Positions 49,308 through 58,750 of a stretch of 64,000 nucleotides of DNA are shown in pieces; within the stretch, counting starts at the first letter, position 1, and every line of letters starts with the position of its first letter. This stretch comes from an uncultured bacterium (GTDB lineage Bacteria; Auribacterota; Erginobacteria; Erginobacterales; Erginobacteraceae), in NCBI GenBank assembly GCA_963822585.1, contig CAWGIE010000011.1, positions 32,001 to 96,000 on the forward strand, read 5' to 3'. The translations under genes were made by a program, and so were the position numbers. Below the pieces are notes generated by a model. It was not told where the DNA came from. It saw nothing but the letters and a program-made list of their open reading frames with translations, and did no database searches.

Positions 49308-50117
49308 TCAAGCTTTTTTTAACCGGTCCCGGAGATACCCCCCGGCCCCTCCCGCCCGGACGGCGATAATCTCCGCCAGGATGCTGACCGCGATCTCTTC
49401 CGGGGTCTCGCCTCCCAGATCCAGACCGATCGGAGCGTATATCCTGTCGTCATCCTTCACCGGGATCCCTTCTACCGCCAGCGCGTCAAGGGTCTCGGCA
49501 ACTTTCCGCCGGCTTCCGATCATCCCGATGTAACGGGCCGGGGTGGAGACCGCCTTGCCCAGGCAGAGACGATCGAAGGCATGGCCCCGGGTGAGGATCA
49601 CGATCATGGTATCGGAGGATATCCCCAGGCTCTCCCAATTTCCGTCGAAGGGCATCCTGACCAGGCCACAGCCGGCCGGGAAATCCGCGGAATCGATAAA
49701 TTCGTCTCGGTCATCGACAACCGAGACCGAAAAGCCCGCGGCGGCGGCCACGCGGGCCAGGGCGCGACCGACATGGCCGGCTCCGAAAATCATGAGGCGG
49801 GGGACAGGCTCGATCATATCCAGGAAAACCTCCTGCTCTCCGCCGCATATCATCCCCAGATCGACAGCCTCGCTGTCGTCTAAGTTGAGCTGAAGAAGCC
49901 GCGACGTTCTCTCGACCAGGGACTTCCGGGCTTCCCCGATCACCCGGGCCTCCAGAGCTCCTCCCCCGACTGTGCCCGCCGTCGCCGCCGCCGTTACGGC
50001 CATTCGGGCCCCCTCCGAAACCGGCGTCGATCCCCGGCTGCCGATCACGGTCGCCAGAACCACCCCTTCACCGCGCCGCCGCGCTTCGAGGATAAAACTG
50101 AAAACATCGGTATTCAT
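49308..50117 (-). CDS. xdhC: XdhC/CoxI family maturation factor
   Basis: GSTP, GTVGGGALE, ICGG, GAGHV, TRGH, YIGMIGSRRK, PIGLDLG.ETPEEIAVSI. Confidence 0.93.
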   Translation of the reverse strand: MNTDVFSFILEARRRGEGVVLATVIGSRGSTPVSEGARMAVTAAATAGTVGGGALEARVIGEARKSLVERTSRLLQLNLDDSEAVDLGMICGGEQEVFLDMIEPVPRLMIFGAGHVGRALARVAAAAGFSVSVVDDRDEFIDSADFPAGCGLVRMPFDGNWESLGISSDTMIVILTRGHAFDRLCLGKAVSTPARYIGMIGSRRKVAETLDALAVEGIPVKDDDRIYAPIGLDLGGETPEEIAVSILAEIIAVRAGGAGGYLRDRLKKA

Positions 50118-50150
50118 CCGGCCTGAGCAGGCGCCTCCGGCGCAGCGTGG

Positions 50151-50822
50151 TTATGGTGACGGTGACGAATGTCCGGCCGGCCCCGATTCTTCCCGCTGAA
50201 GAATCAACTCCCAGTCCGGGACGGGGGTCGGCTGAACCTTCTGCCGGGAAAGTTCCTGCTTGAATTCATCCTCGGTTATGACGTTCTTGTTGATCAGCAG
50301 CTTGATCAGGGCTTCCTGTTTGCTGTAAATATCCCGTACATCATCAAGCTTGAGTTCCTCCAGGATGCGGCTGCGGGCTTTCAGAAAATCTTCATATTCC
50401 CGGGCCATCTTGATCCGTTCGTCCTTCACCTTCTCCGGTTCTTCCCCGATGACCCATCCTTCCGATATTTTATCCACGTCTATCCAGGGGAAATTAAACC
50501 GGGCACTGAACACTTTCCCGTAAATGATCAGACGGTCCTTGCTCTCGAAGCGAGCCAGATAGGCGGCCTTTTCCCGGGGGTAAAATAACTGGGCGAAAAT
50601 ACGGCCGCCGGCGTCCACGACAAAACCCACATACTTTTCCGCCGGCCGGGGCACATCGGCGTCGTTCAGCCAGGTCGTATCTTCCCTCAGAAAACGGCAT
50701 TTGAATTTGATCGGGACACCGATGTATTCTTCCGGGTCCATGCTGAGACGCTCCGGGGATACTTCGATATATTCAACCTGCCCGATCACGGTCAAGAGCA
50801 TGGCTATCAGGAATACTTTCAT
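50151..50822 (-). CDS. Hypothetical exported protein (possible OB-fold domain plus helical tail)
   Basis: Signal-like MKVFLIAMLLTVIG, a beta-rich domain, then a charged helix. Start at 50822 or 50840. Confidence 0.7.
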   Translation of the reverse strand: MKVFLIAMLLTVIGQVEYIEVSPERLSMDPEEYIGVPIKFKCRFLREDTTWLNDADVPRPAEKYVGFVVDAGGRIFAQLFYPREKAAYLARFESKDRLIIYGKVFSARFNFPWIDVDKISEGWVIGEEPEKVKDERIKMAREYEDFLKARSRILEELKLDDVRDIYSKQEALIKLLINKNVITEDEFKQELSRQKVQPTPVPDWELILQREESGPAGHSSPSP

Positions 50823-50839
50823 GGTAATTCTTAACTCCA

Positions 50840-51059
50840 TAAATTAGCGGCTTCGCCGCTAATTTAGTGAATATTCACTTTTTAAACTTAAAACAGATTG
50901 ATGATAGTCCAAAAATTTGCTTGCGTCCAACAACTCAAACCATAACGGTAATCCCTTAGCATTATACAGAAAAAACAAAAATTGTTATTCTGGTTGCTTT
51001 TTAGTCTGTTTCGGAATTTCACTAATCGGATTTTCCCGATTAGTGAAATTCCGAAACAG
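50840..51059. mobile_element. Longest family E copy, with a second terminal palindrome
   Basis: Hairpin, AT-rich body matching 15663-15825, then CTGTTTCGGAATTTCACTAATCGG..CCGATTAGTGAAATTCCGAAACAG. Confidence 0.75.
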
Positions 51060-51372
51060 TGAATGAGCGCCATCGGCGCTCATTGACACCGGAAAAATGC
51101 CAAAACAAGAAAAACACGACGTGAGCTACGAATTTCTTTACCATATCGGACACCCGGATGCAAGATCAAGGGTAAACTGCGATCAGCCCACTCATCCCCT
51201 GACTTTCTCCTTGATCAGCAGCCCCATTTGTATTACCTTCTAACCCGATGTATGCCCGTCTTTCGGCGGGCATACATCGGGTCGGTTTTACGGAACGACC
51301 GAAAGTAAAAAGACGGCGACGCGCCACTATACTGATTTTATCACATTCTCATCAAGGACGCTGATGGATTAG

Positions 51373-52356
51373 ATGGGTACGAAAACAAAAGCCCTGGTGA
51401 CGGGGGGGACCGGTTTTATCGGGAGTCATCTGGTCGAAGCTCTCCTGCGGGAAGGGTGGGAAGTCCGGGCACTGGTCCGGGAAACCAGTTCCCGGGAGCA
51501 CCTATCCCGGGGCGACCTGGAGTTGGTCATCGGAGACCTCACCGAGAAGGATACCCTGAAGAAAAGCCTCGGAGGGGTCGAGGTTATCTTTCATCTGGCC
51601 GGCCGCATCAAGGGGAGAAGCCGCGATGATTATTTCCGGACCAACTGGCTGGGGACAAAAAATCTCCTGGAGGCGGCCCGGGAGAACGCGAGGGGGTTGA
51701 AGCGGTTTGTGTACGTGAGCAGCCTTTCCGCCGCCGGCCCCAGCCCGGACGGGCATCCCCTGACCGAGGATGAAGAAGCTCGTCCGGTCAGCTTTTACGG
51801 AGAGAGCAAGCTGGCGGCGGAGAGGGAAGCGGAACGGTACAGCACCGAGCTGCCGATCGCGGTGCTCCGGCCGGCCGCCGTGTACGGCCCCCGGGACGCT
51901 GAGACCCTGCAGGTGATCAAGCTGGCCCGGTGGGGCATCAGGTTCCGTCCGGGACGGAAGGACAACATCTTCAGCGCCGTCCACGTCACCGACCTGGTGG
52001 ACGCCCTCCTTCTGGCGGCGGATCGGCCGAGAGCGGGACTGGCGAGATATTTCATCGGCGATGGAAACCAATACCACTGGAAAGGAACATTTGATATACT
52101 GTTTTCCCTTCTCGGGAAGAGGGCGGCGGTCACCATTCCCTGGAAGCCGGCTCAGGCGGCGGTGAGGATACTGGCCGCCGTTTGTCCCCGATCGCAGGCT
52201 GCTTTTTATCTGGACAAAATCGGGGAGATGAGCCACAACTATTGGGTGTGCGACATCAGCCGGGCCCGGCGCGAGCTGGGATTTCAACCCCGCTATGATC
52301 TAAAACGCGGTCTCCAAGAGACGATTCAGTGGTACCGGACGGCGGGCTGGCTGTAA
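51373..52356 (+). CDS. NAD-dependent epimerase/dehydratase (extended SDR); candidate ceramide reductase
   Basis: TGGTGFIG, HLAG, YGESK, VYGP; first gene of the spt cluster. Confidence 0.85.
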   Translation: MGTKTKALVTGGTGFIGSHLVEALLREGWEVRALVRETSSREHLSRGDLELVIGDLTEKDTLKKSLGGVEVIFHLAGRIKGRSRDDYFRTNWLGTKNLLEAARENARGLKRFVYVSSLSAAGPSPDGHPLTEDEEARPVSFYGESKLAAEREAERYSTELPIAVLRPAAVYGPRDAETLQVIKLARWGIRFRPGRKDNIFSAVHVTDLVDALLLAADRPRAGLARYFIGDGNQYHWKGTFDILFSLLGKRAAVTIPWKPAQAAVRILAAVCPRSQAAFYLDKIGEMSHNYWVCDISRARRELGFQPRYDLKRGLQETIQWYRTAGWL

Positions 52357-52469
52357 AAGTGAGTCGCCGTGGTTTCAGGTCAGGTTAGTCGCCGGCATTG
52401 TTGACGACATAAACAACGGGTGACGATTCATCTTTTTCACAGTTAATATTTTTACGGAGTAAAAATATT

Positions 52470-53651
52470 ATGGCCGATTTATTTACCAAATGCAGCGAGT
52501 TCACCCGGGCCAGGGAGATCATGGCCAGGGGGATTTACCCTTACTTCACCGAGATATCATCCGCCCAGGAGACCGAGGTGACGATCGACGGGCGACGGGT
52601 CCTGATGCTCGGCTCCAACAGCTACCTGGGGCTGACCTGTCACCCGAAAGTGAAGGCGGCTGCCGCCGCCGCCTTGGAAAAGTACGGCACCGGGTGCGCC
52701 GGGTCACGCTTCCTTAACGGGACCCTCGACATCCACCGGGAACTGGAGGAACGCCTGGCGGCTTTCTTCCGGAAGGAAGCCGCCCTGGTTTATTCGACCG
52801 GTTTTCAAACCAATCTGGGGACCATCTCCGCCCTGGTCGGGAAGAATGACACCGTGCTCATCGATCGGCTCGATCATGCCAGCATCATTGACGGGACCCG
52901 ATTGGCCTTCGGGAAGATCAGTAAATTTGTCCATAATGACATGGATGATCTGGAGCGAATTCTCTCCCGAAGCGGCGAGAACGGCAAATTGATCGTTATT
53001 GACGGAGTCTTTTCCATGGAGGGCGATATCGCCCGGCTGCCGGAGATCGTCAAGGTAGCGAAAGAGTATGACTCCCGGATCATGGTTGACGACGCCCACT
53101 CGGTCGGTGTCCTGGGAAAATCCGGCCGCGGCACGGCGGAACATTTCGGACTGGAGGACGAAGTCGACCTGATCATGATCACGTTCAGTAAGTCGCTTGC
53201 TTCCATCGGCGGCTGCATCGCCGGGAGTGAGTCGGTCATACACTACCTGAAGCATTTCTCCCGACCCCTGATCTTCAGCGCCAGCCTTCCTCCTTCAGCG
53301 GTTGCCACCGTGACAGCCTGCCTGGATATCATTGACGAGGAGCCGGAACGAAGAGATCGCCTCTGGGAGATCACCCGCAAAATGCACGCGGGTTTCCAGG
53401 CGATGGGATATGATACCGGCAAAAGCGAGACACCGATCATCCCTCTGATTATCGGTGACCTCGATAAGGCCTTCATGATGAGGAAGATTCTCTTCGATGC
53501 CGGCATCTTCGTCAATCCGGTCGTCCCGCCCGCCGTGCCGCCGGACCAGACATTGATCCGGACCAGCTTCATGGCCACCCATACCGACCGGCAACTGGAT
53601 TTCGCTCTCGATGTCTTCGAGAAAGCGGGGAAGGAGCTGGGGATTATTTAG
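52470..53651 (+). CDS. spt: Alpha-oxoamine synthase, probable serine palmitoyltransferase
   Basis: GIYPYF, GSNSYLGL, GTGCAGSRFLNGT, DHASI, DDAH, TFSKSLAS. Spt-like N-terminus and neighbourhood, no bio genes nearby. Confidence 0.75.
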   Translation: MADLFTKCSEFTRAREIMARGIYPYFTEISSAQETEVTIDGRRVLMLGSNSYLGLTCHPKVKAAAAAALEKYGTGCAGSRFLNGTLDIHRELEERLAAFFRKEAALVYSTGFQTNLGTISALVGKNDTVLIDRLDHASIIDGTRLAFGKISKFVHNDMDDLERILSRSGENGKLIVIDGVFSMEGDIARLPEIVKVAKEYDSRIMVDDAHSVGVLGKSGRGTAEHFGLEDEVDLIMITFSKSLASIGGCIAGSESVIHYLKHFSRPLIFSASLPPSAVATVTACLDIIDEEPERRDRLWEITRKMHAGFQAMGYDTGKSETPIIPLIIGDLDKAFMMRKILFDAGIFVNPVVPPAVPPDQTLIRTSFMATHTDRQLDFALDVFEKAGKELGII

Positions 53652-53707
53652 GCATATGCGTCCTCTTCGGAGAGATATATCTTTCCCCTGTTCATCAAGC
53701 AAGACGA

Positions 53708-53843
53708 TCCGAATTCCGAAACCCGAAATCCGAAACCACTTCACTCGGCCGGCAGACTCCGGTAAAAACGATCGATCCCGGAATTAATTTGTCATTCGGA
53801 TTTCGTCATTCTTTCGAGTTTCGTCATTCGGGTTTCTTCATTT
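53708..53843. repeat. AATGACG/CCGAAA-type heptamer inverted repeat, family H
   Basis: gtcattcggatttcgtcattctttcgagtttcgtcattcg is the inverse of 5864-5920; also present at 35660-35712. Confidence 0.7.
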
Positions 53844-53855
53844 GAAGCCGAGATT

Positions 53856-54977
53856 ATGGAAGCAGCTCAGATCATAATCAAAGAAGTTACCGGAAAAAGT
53901 GATTTAAAGAAATTCCTCACCCTCCCCTGGAAGATCTACCGGGACAACCCGTACTGGGTGCCTCCCCTGATCCGGGAAGACCGGAAACTTTTTTCCCCAC
54001 GGCACAACCCCTTCTGGGAGCACGCCGCCCGCGTCCTCTTTATCGCCTTCCGGGACGGGGAGGTGGTGGGCCGGATCGCCGCCATTGAAGACCGCGATTT
54101 TATCGCCTATCACCGGGAGCAGACAGGATACTTCGGCTTCTTCGAGTGCCTCGACGACCCGGAGGCGGCGCGGGGCCTTTTCCGAGCGACCGGCGACTGG
54201 CTGAGAAAGCGGGGTCTGGCGAAAATGATCGGCCCCCTTAACCCCTCGACCAACGCCGTCTGCGGACTGCTGCTGGAGGGCTACGATTCCCCTCCCCGGT
54301 TCATGATGCCCTATACCCTCCCCTACTACCATTCACTCCTGGAGGGCTGCGGACTGGAGAAAGCGAAAGATCTTCTGGCCTACCGGATACCGGTCCCGGA
54401 GACGATGAACCCGCGCCTGGAAAAACTGGCGGGCGTGCTGAGAAAGAAAGGTCTGAGCATCCGAACCATCCGGATGAAAGACTTTCACCACGAGCTGAAA
54501 CAGGTCCGGACAATCTACAACGCGGCCTGGGCAAAAAACTGGGGATTCGTTCCGATCACGGAAGCCGAGATCGAACACATGGCCAGAGAGCTCAAGCCGC
54601 TGGTCGTCCCCGAGCTGGCCTTCTTCGCCGAGTACCGGGGCAAGACAGTCGGCTTCTACCTGGTCCTCCCCGACTACAACCAGGTGATCAAGAAGATGAA
54701 CGGGAAGATGGGCCCGCTCCAGATACTCAGGTTCCTCACGGGAAGGAAGAAGATCGACGCCGTCCGGCTGATGATGGCGGGGATCGAGGAGGAGTACCAG
54801 AAGAAGGGACTGGATGCCCTTCTCTACCTGGAGTCGGCCCGGACCACCCGGGATTTGGGATACACCGACTCCGAGATCTCCTGGCTGCTGGAAGACAACA
54901 TCCTGGTCATCCGGGCGGCCGAGATGATGGGCGGAACCCTGTATAAAAAGTACCGCATCTATCAAAAATCCTTTTAG
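53856..54977 (+). CDS. Tandem-GNAT N-acyltransferase; candidate bacterial ceramide synthase (bCerS-like)
   Basis: LPWKIY..NPYWVPPL, NPF, GRIAAI, FGFFEC, GLLLEG, NWGFVP, PDYN, SWLLEDN; directly downstream of spt. Confidence 0.75.
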   Translation: MEAAQIIIKEVTGKSDLKKFLTLPWKIYRDNPYWVPPLIREDRKLFSPRHNPFWEHAARVLFIAFRDGEVVGRIAAIEDRDFIAYHREQTGYFGFFECLDDPEAARGLFRATGDWLRKRGLAKMIGPLNPSTNAVCGLLLEGYDSPPRFMMPYTLPYYHSLLEGCGLEKAKDLLAYRIPVPETMNPRLEKLAGVLRKKGLSIRTIRMKDFHHELKQVRTIYNAAWAKNWGFVPITEAEIEHMARELKPLVVPELAFFAEYRGKTVGFYLVLPDYNQVIKKMNGKMGPLQILRFLTGRKKIDAVRLMMAGIEEEYQKKGLDALLYLESARTTRDLGYTDSEISWLLEDNILVIRAAEMMGGTLYKKYRIYQKSF

Positions 54978-55081
54978 GATTTTTGATAGTATTGTACACT
55001 ATCCAGACGAAGTTCTTCCATTCGCCTTTTCTCCAGATAACACCACGCCGGTGAAAAAGAGAACGCCGGAAGGAGGTGCAG

Positions 55082-56188
55082 GTGAAGCAAACGACAATCA
55101 CAGCCATTGCTCTCTTCTTGATGACCGCCGGCATCGCTTTCCCGGCGGACTTCGACGGAGACTCCCGTGACGACATCGCCATCTTCCGGCCGGCGGCCGG
55201 GATGTGGGCGATCCGCGGGGTGACCCGGGTCTACTTCGGCGGATCGGCCGATACCCCCGCGGCGGGAGACTACACCGGCGACGGCATCGCCGAGATCGGG
55301 GTCTTCCGGAAAACGGCCGGGATGTGGGCGATCCGGGGGGTAAGCCGGATCTATTTCGGAGGGTCCTCGGATACGGCGGTCGGCGGAGGGGGGGGGCAGC
55401 GTCTCTACGATTACGTAGTCAGACCGGATGACGGAGCCGATCTCGAGCGGGCCCTGGAGAGTGCTTCCTATGACAGTGTTTTCATCCCGGCCGGAACCTA
55501 CTCCGTCTCCGATCCGATCACCATCACCCACGTCACCCAGATTACCGGGGAATCCCGGCAGAAGGTCATCATATTTTTCGCCGGCGGCAAATACCTGGCG
55601 ATCGGGTCGGCGGCGACCGGCTGCACGATCGAGAAGATCACCGTCCAGAACGGGGGTTTTACCAATATCGGCAACTTCTTTATCGCCGCCTCCGACGTGA
55701 CGGTAAGAGACTGCAGCTCCCGCTACAGTGCCGCCGAGGGATTTCGTTACACCAGCGGGGCGAACAGCGTGATCTTCGACAACTGCCGGGTTGACTACGC
55801 GGGCGGCGCCGGATTCCATGGAGACGTTGCGGTCAGGAACTCGAAGCTGATCAACTGCGCGGTCTTTGACACCGGGACCGTCGATGGTTCCGACATCGGT
55901 TTCCAAGATTGCCACAACCTCAGCAATTGTTACGTGGATGGAGAATATTACGGATACTATCAGTGCAACAATATCTCTTCATCGGTGGCCTATAATTGCT
56001 TCCTGAATGGTTTCTGGGAATGCGGCCGCCTCAGCAGTTGTGAAGTTGACGGCAACAACCAGACGACTTACGCATTCTATGGCTGCGATAATCTGGCGAG
56101 TTGTCACGTTAAAAACTCTACTTATTACTACCAGAGCTGCGACTACTTCTTTGGGTCACTCGCCGGGCACGAAAACTCCTGCGATTGA
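55082..56188 (+). CDS. Secreted protein with two DxDGDG (FG-GAP-like) repeats and a Cys-rich parallel beta-helix-like domain
   Basis: AAGGAGG plus GTG start, signal peptide, DFDGDSRDDIAIFR and DYTGDGIAEIGVFR, IPAGTY, repeated GFxxCxNLSxC. Confidence 0.85.
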   Translation: MKQTTITAIALFLMTAGIAFPADFDGDSRDDIAIFRPAAGMWAIRGVTRVYFGGSADTPAAGDYTGDGIAEIGVFRKTAGMWAIRGVSRIYFGGSSDTAVGGGGGQRLYDYVVRPDDGADLERALESASYDSVFIPAGTYSVSDPITITHVTQITGESRQKVIIFFAGGKYLAIGSAATGCTIEKITVQNGGFTNIGNFFIAASDVTVRDCSSRYSAAEGFRYTSGANSVIFDNCRVDYAGGAGFHGDVAVRNSKLINCAVFDTGTVDGSDIGFQDCHNLSNCYVDGEYYGYYQCNNISSSVAYNCFLNGFWECGRLSSCEVDGNNQTTYAFYGCDNLASCHVKNSTYYYQSCDYFFGSLAGHENSCD

Positions 56189-56233
56189 TCTGCTGTTTTT
56201 TCCCCGATAAGTCAGTGCCGGGGAACAAACGAA

Positions 56234-56737
56234 AAAGGAGGGACTGTTTATCTTACTGGTGTCTACATAACCGTCGAGAACTGCCGGTCGGTGGACAGCC
56301 TCTATTCCGGTTTTCACTACACCTCCGCCGCCGAGTACGTGAGCTTCGTTAACTGCGTGGTCCGGAACGCCGCCGGCGCCGGATTCTCCGGGAGCGTACT
56401 GGTCCCCACCGCGCGGCTGACCAACTGTTCCACCTATAAATGCACCGCCGGGGGGTTCTCCGGCTGCCGGAACCTCTCCAGCTGCGTGGTGAACGGGAAC
56501 GGTACCACATCGGTGGGATTCTCGGGCTGCTCAACGTTTCCGCCTGCAATTCTTATAAAACCATACTCAGTGGTTTTTATTTTTGCTTCTACCTGAGTGC
56601 CTGCATGGTCGACGGGGAGACTGCTACCGTCAAGGGATTCGACAGCTGCTCCAATCTCTCTGCATGCCACGTGGAGGACATAAGCGGAGCTCGCATCCCG
56701 CGTGCTGGAAGTGGAAGACACCGATTCCTGCGACTGA
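56234..56737 (+). pseudogene. 5'-truncated, frameshifted paralog of the C-terminal domain of the upstream gene
   Basis: Collinear motifs (GFHYTS, FVNC, AAGAGF, LTNC, CRNLSSC, NLSACHV), the same SCD-stop ending, frameshifts near 56532 and about 56700. Confidence 0.8.
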
Positions 56738-57688
56738 CATTCCAGTCCAGTGTACTGATTCACGGGGGGGCGAAGACCGTTGCGGAGACCGGAACGGGTC
56801 ACGGTTCGGGGGTGCTGCTACCAGGGCAAGCAGCTTTTGGAAACGGCGGCGGGCTTCGGCGAGAAGATCCGCGGGGAGCGGGATGAAGGGGGCCCCGGGG
56901 GACCAGCCCTTCTTCAGCAGATGATTTTCCAGAAGATCCCGGTCCCAGGGGTCCTGAAAGCGCCCCGGGCGATACCGGTCCTTCTTCCAGATCCGGGAAC
57001 AGTCGGGGGTGCAGGCCTCGTTGATGAGAAGGAGGCGGCCGTCCCTGACGCCAAACTCGAACTTGGTGTCGGCGAGAATGAAACCGAACCGGGCAAAGAT
57101 CTCCCGCATCCTGGCATAGATCGCCAGCGTCAGTGTCCGCATCTCTTCCGCCCGTTCCTTACCGACCAGTTCGATTAATGCTTCCCGGTCAAGATTCTCG
57201 TCTTCTCCGGTGCGGCTCTTCCGGGCCGGGGTGAAGACGGGCCGGGGAAGTTCAGCCGCCAATTCCAGTCCCGCGGGGAAATCCGGAAGCCAGGACCGGT
57301 CCCCTTCCCGGTAAGCCCGCCAGGCCTGTCCATAAAGAAACCCTCGGGCCACGCACTCCACCCGGATGGGATCGACCCGCCGGGTGAGATAGCTCCGGCC
57401 GGCCAGGAGATCCTGATGCCGGTTGAACGGCGGCGGGTACTCCTCCGCCCGAGCGGTGATGACGTAACTAGGGACCAGGTCGCGGACCGTCTCGAAGGTC
57501 TTCAGCGAGAGGGCGGTCAGCACCCTCCCCTTCCCGGCCAGTCCCTGCGGGCAGACCCGGTCGAAGAGATATACCCGATCGGTGGTCACGACCAGGATAT
57601 CCGGTCCGGCTTCGAAGATATCCCGGATCTTTCCCCGGTCGTAGAGAACAACTCCGGGAAGAGCGATTTCAAGTACTGGTTTATTCAT
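56630..57688 (-). CDS. purC: Divergent SAICAR synthase (PurC) family protein
   Basis: GKIRDIF, GKG, ECVARG, FTP, DEN, ADTKFEFG, TPD.SR.W; C-terminal extension. Confidence 0.75.
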   Translation of the reverse strand: MNKPVLEIALPGVVLYDRGKIRDIFEAGPDILVVTTDRVYLFDRVCPQGLAGKGRVLTALSLKTFETVRDLVPSYVITARAEEYPPPFNRHQDLLAGRSYLTRRVDPIRVECVARGFLYGQAWRAYREGDRSWLPDFPAGLELAAELPRPVFTPARKSRTGEDENLDREALIELVGKERAEEMRTLTLAIYARMREIFARFGFILADTKFEFGVRDGRLLLINEACTPDCSRIWKKDRYRPGRFQDPWDRDLLENHLLKKGWSPGAPFIPLPADLLAEARRRFQKLLALVAAPPNRDPFRSPQRSSPPRESVHWTGMSVAGIGVFHFQHAGCELRLCPPRGMQRDWSSCRIP

Positions 57689-57735
57689 CCGGCATATTTT
57701 GGCGTTACTGCCGCTTTGACTACACAATATAATGT

Positions 57736-57808
57736 AACCACGAAGATCACGAAGGTCACGAAGAATATTCTTTATTTCTCCCTTCGTGAACTTCGTGCCC
57801 TTCGTGGT
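57736..57808. repeat. Family B 9-mer inverted repeat
   Basis: aaccacgaagatcacgaaggtcacgaag...cttcgtgaacttcgtgcccttcgtggt. Confidence 0.85.
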
Positions 57809-57850
57809 AATTCTTTACGTGAACAGTCGGTGAGATTAAGGAGAGGTTTT

Positions 57851-58660
57851 TTAGACGGAGAGGATGATCACGATCAGTGCGACCAGCCAGCAGTAATAAG
57901 CAAAATAATACAGTTTTCCCCGCCGTATGACCCGGAGCAGGAACTGTATGGCCAGATAACCGGAGATCGCGGCGCAGACGGTGCCGACCAGCAGGGAGAC
58001 GATCTCCGATGACGTGATCCCGTTCGTCATCATGTCGCCGAACTCGAATAAGCTCGCCCCCAGTATCACCGGGATCGCGAGCAGGAAGGAGAACTCGGCG
58101 GCGCGGACCTTTTCCATCCCGGAGTAGATCCCGGCCGAGATCGTCATCCCCGAACGGGAGATGCCGGGGAGGATCGCCAGCGCTTGGCAGATGCCGATCA
58201 GAAGGGCCCGGCGCCAGCTCAGTTCTTCATCTTTTTCCTTCACGAAGCGGAGGCAAAAAAGAACCAGGCCGGTGACCGCCAGGCAGATGCCCACCGCGAG
58301 GGGATGGAAAAAGCTTCCCCGAATCAGTCCGCCCAGAAATATTCCCACCAGCGCGGCCGGGACCGTGGCCAGAGCCAGAAGACAGGCCAGGCGAGTATCG
58401 GGGTTTTTAAACTCCCACCGGCCCCGGCGATACCGCATCTTCCCCCGGAAGAGGGATCTCAACAGCCTCCAGACCTGGAGGCGGAAAGCGATAATCACCG
58501 CCAGGACGGTCCCCAGGTGGACCATAACCACGAAGCGGACGTTCTCCAGGGAGAGTCCGAGCAGTTTTTCCGCCAACACCAGGTGGCCGGAACTGGAGAC
58601 GGGGAGGAACTCGGTCAGCCCCTGGAGCACGCCCAGGATAATGGCTTCTATTATATTCAT
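57851..58660 (-). CDS. uppP: Undecaprenyl-diphosphate phosphatase
   Basis: QGLTEFLPVSSSGHL, PGISRSG, AAEFSFLL. Confidence 0.96.
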   Translation of the reverse strand: MNIIEAIILGVLQGLTEFLPVSSSGHLVLAEKLLGLSLENVRFVVMVHLGTVLAVIIAFRLQVWRLLRSLFRGKMRYRRGRWEFKNPDTRLACLLALATVPAALVGIFLGGLIRGSFFHPLAVGICLAVTGLVLFCLRFVKEKDEELSWRRALLIGICQALAILPGISRSGMTISAGIYSGMEKVRAAEFSFLLAIPVILGASLFEFGDMMTNGITSSEIVSLLVGTVCAAISGYLAIQFLLRVIRRGKLYYFAYYCWLVALIVIILSV

Positions 58661-58668
58661 ATAGAAAA

Positions 58669-58750
58669 CAGTAATCAGTAATCAGTGATCAGTGATCAGT
58701 TGGCCTGTTCCCGATTTTTTACCGATTACTGATTACCGATCACCGATTAC
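58669..58750. repeat. Family G heptamer inverted repeat
   Basis: cagtaatcagtaatcagtgatcagtgatcag...accgattactgattaccgatcaccgattac fills the intergenic space. Confidence 0.85.

Noticed and set aside
52470..53651. Annotation as bioF or kbl
   Set aside because: No bio or tdh neighbours; the N-terminal GIYPYF and the flanking reductase and acyltransferase favour Spt. Not formally excluded.
56234..56737. Cassette as a DGR template repeat
   Set aside because: It differs from the upstream gene at all base types and by indels, not only at adenines, and no reverse transcriptase is in the window.
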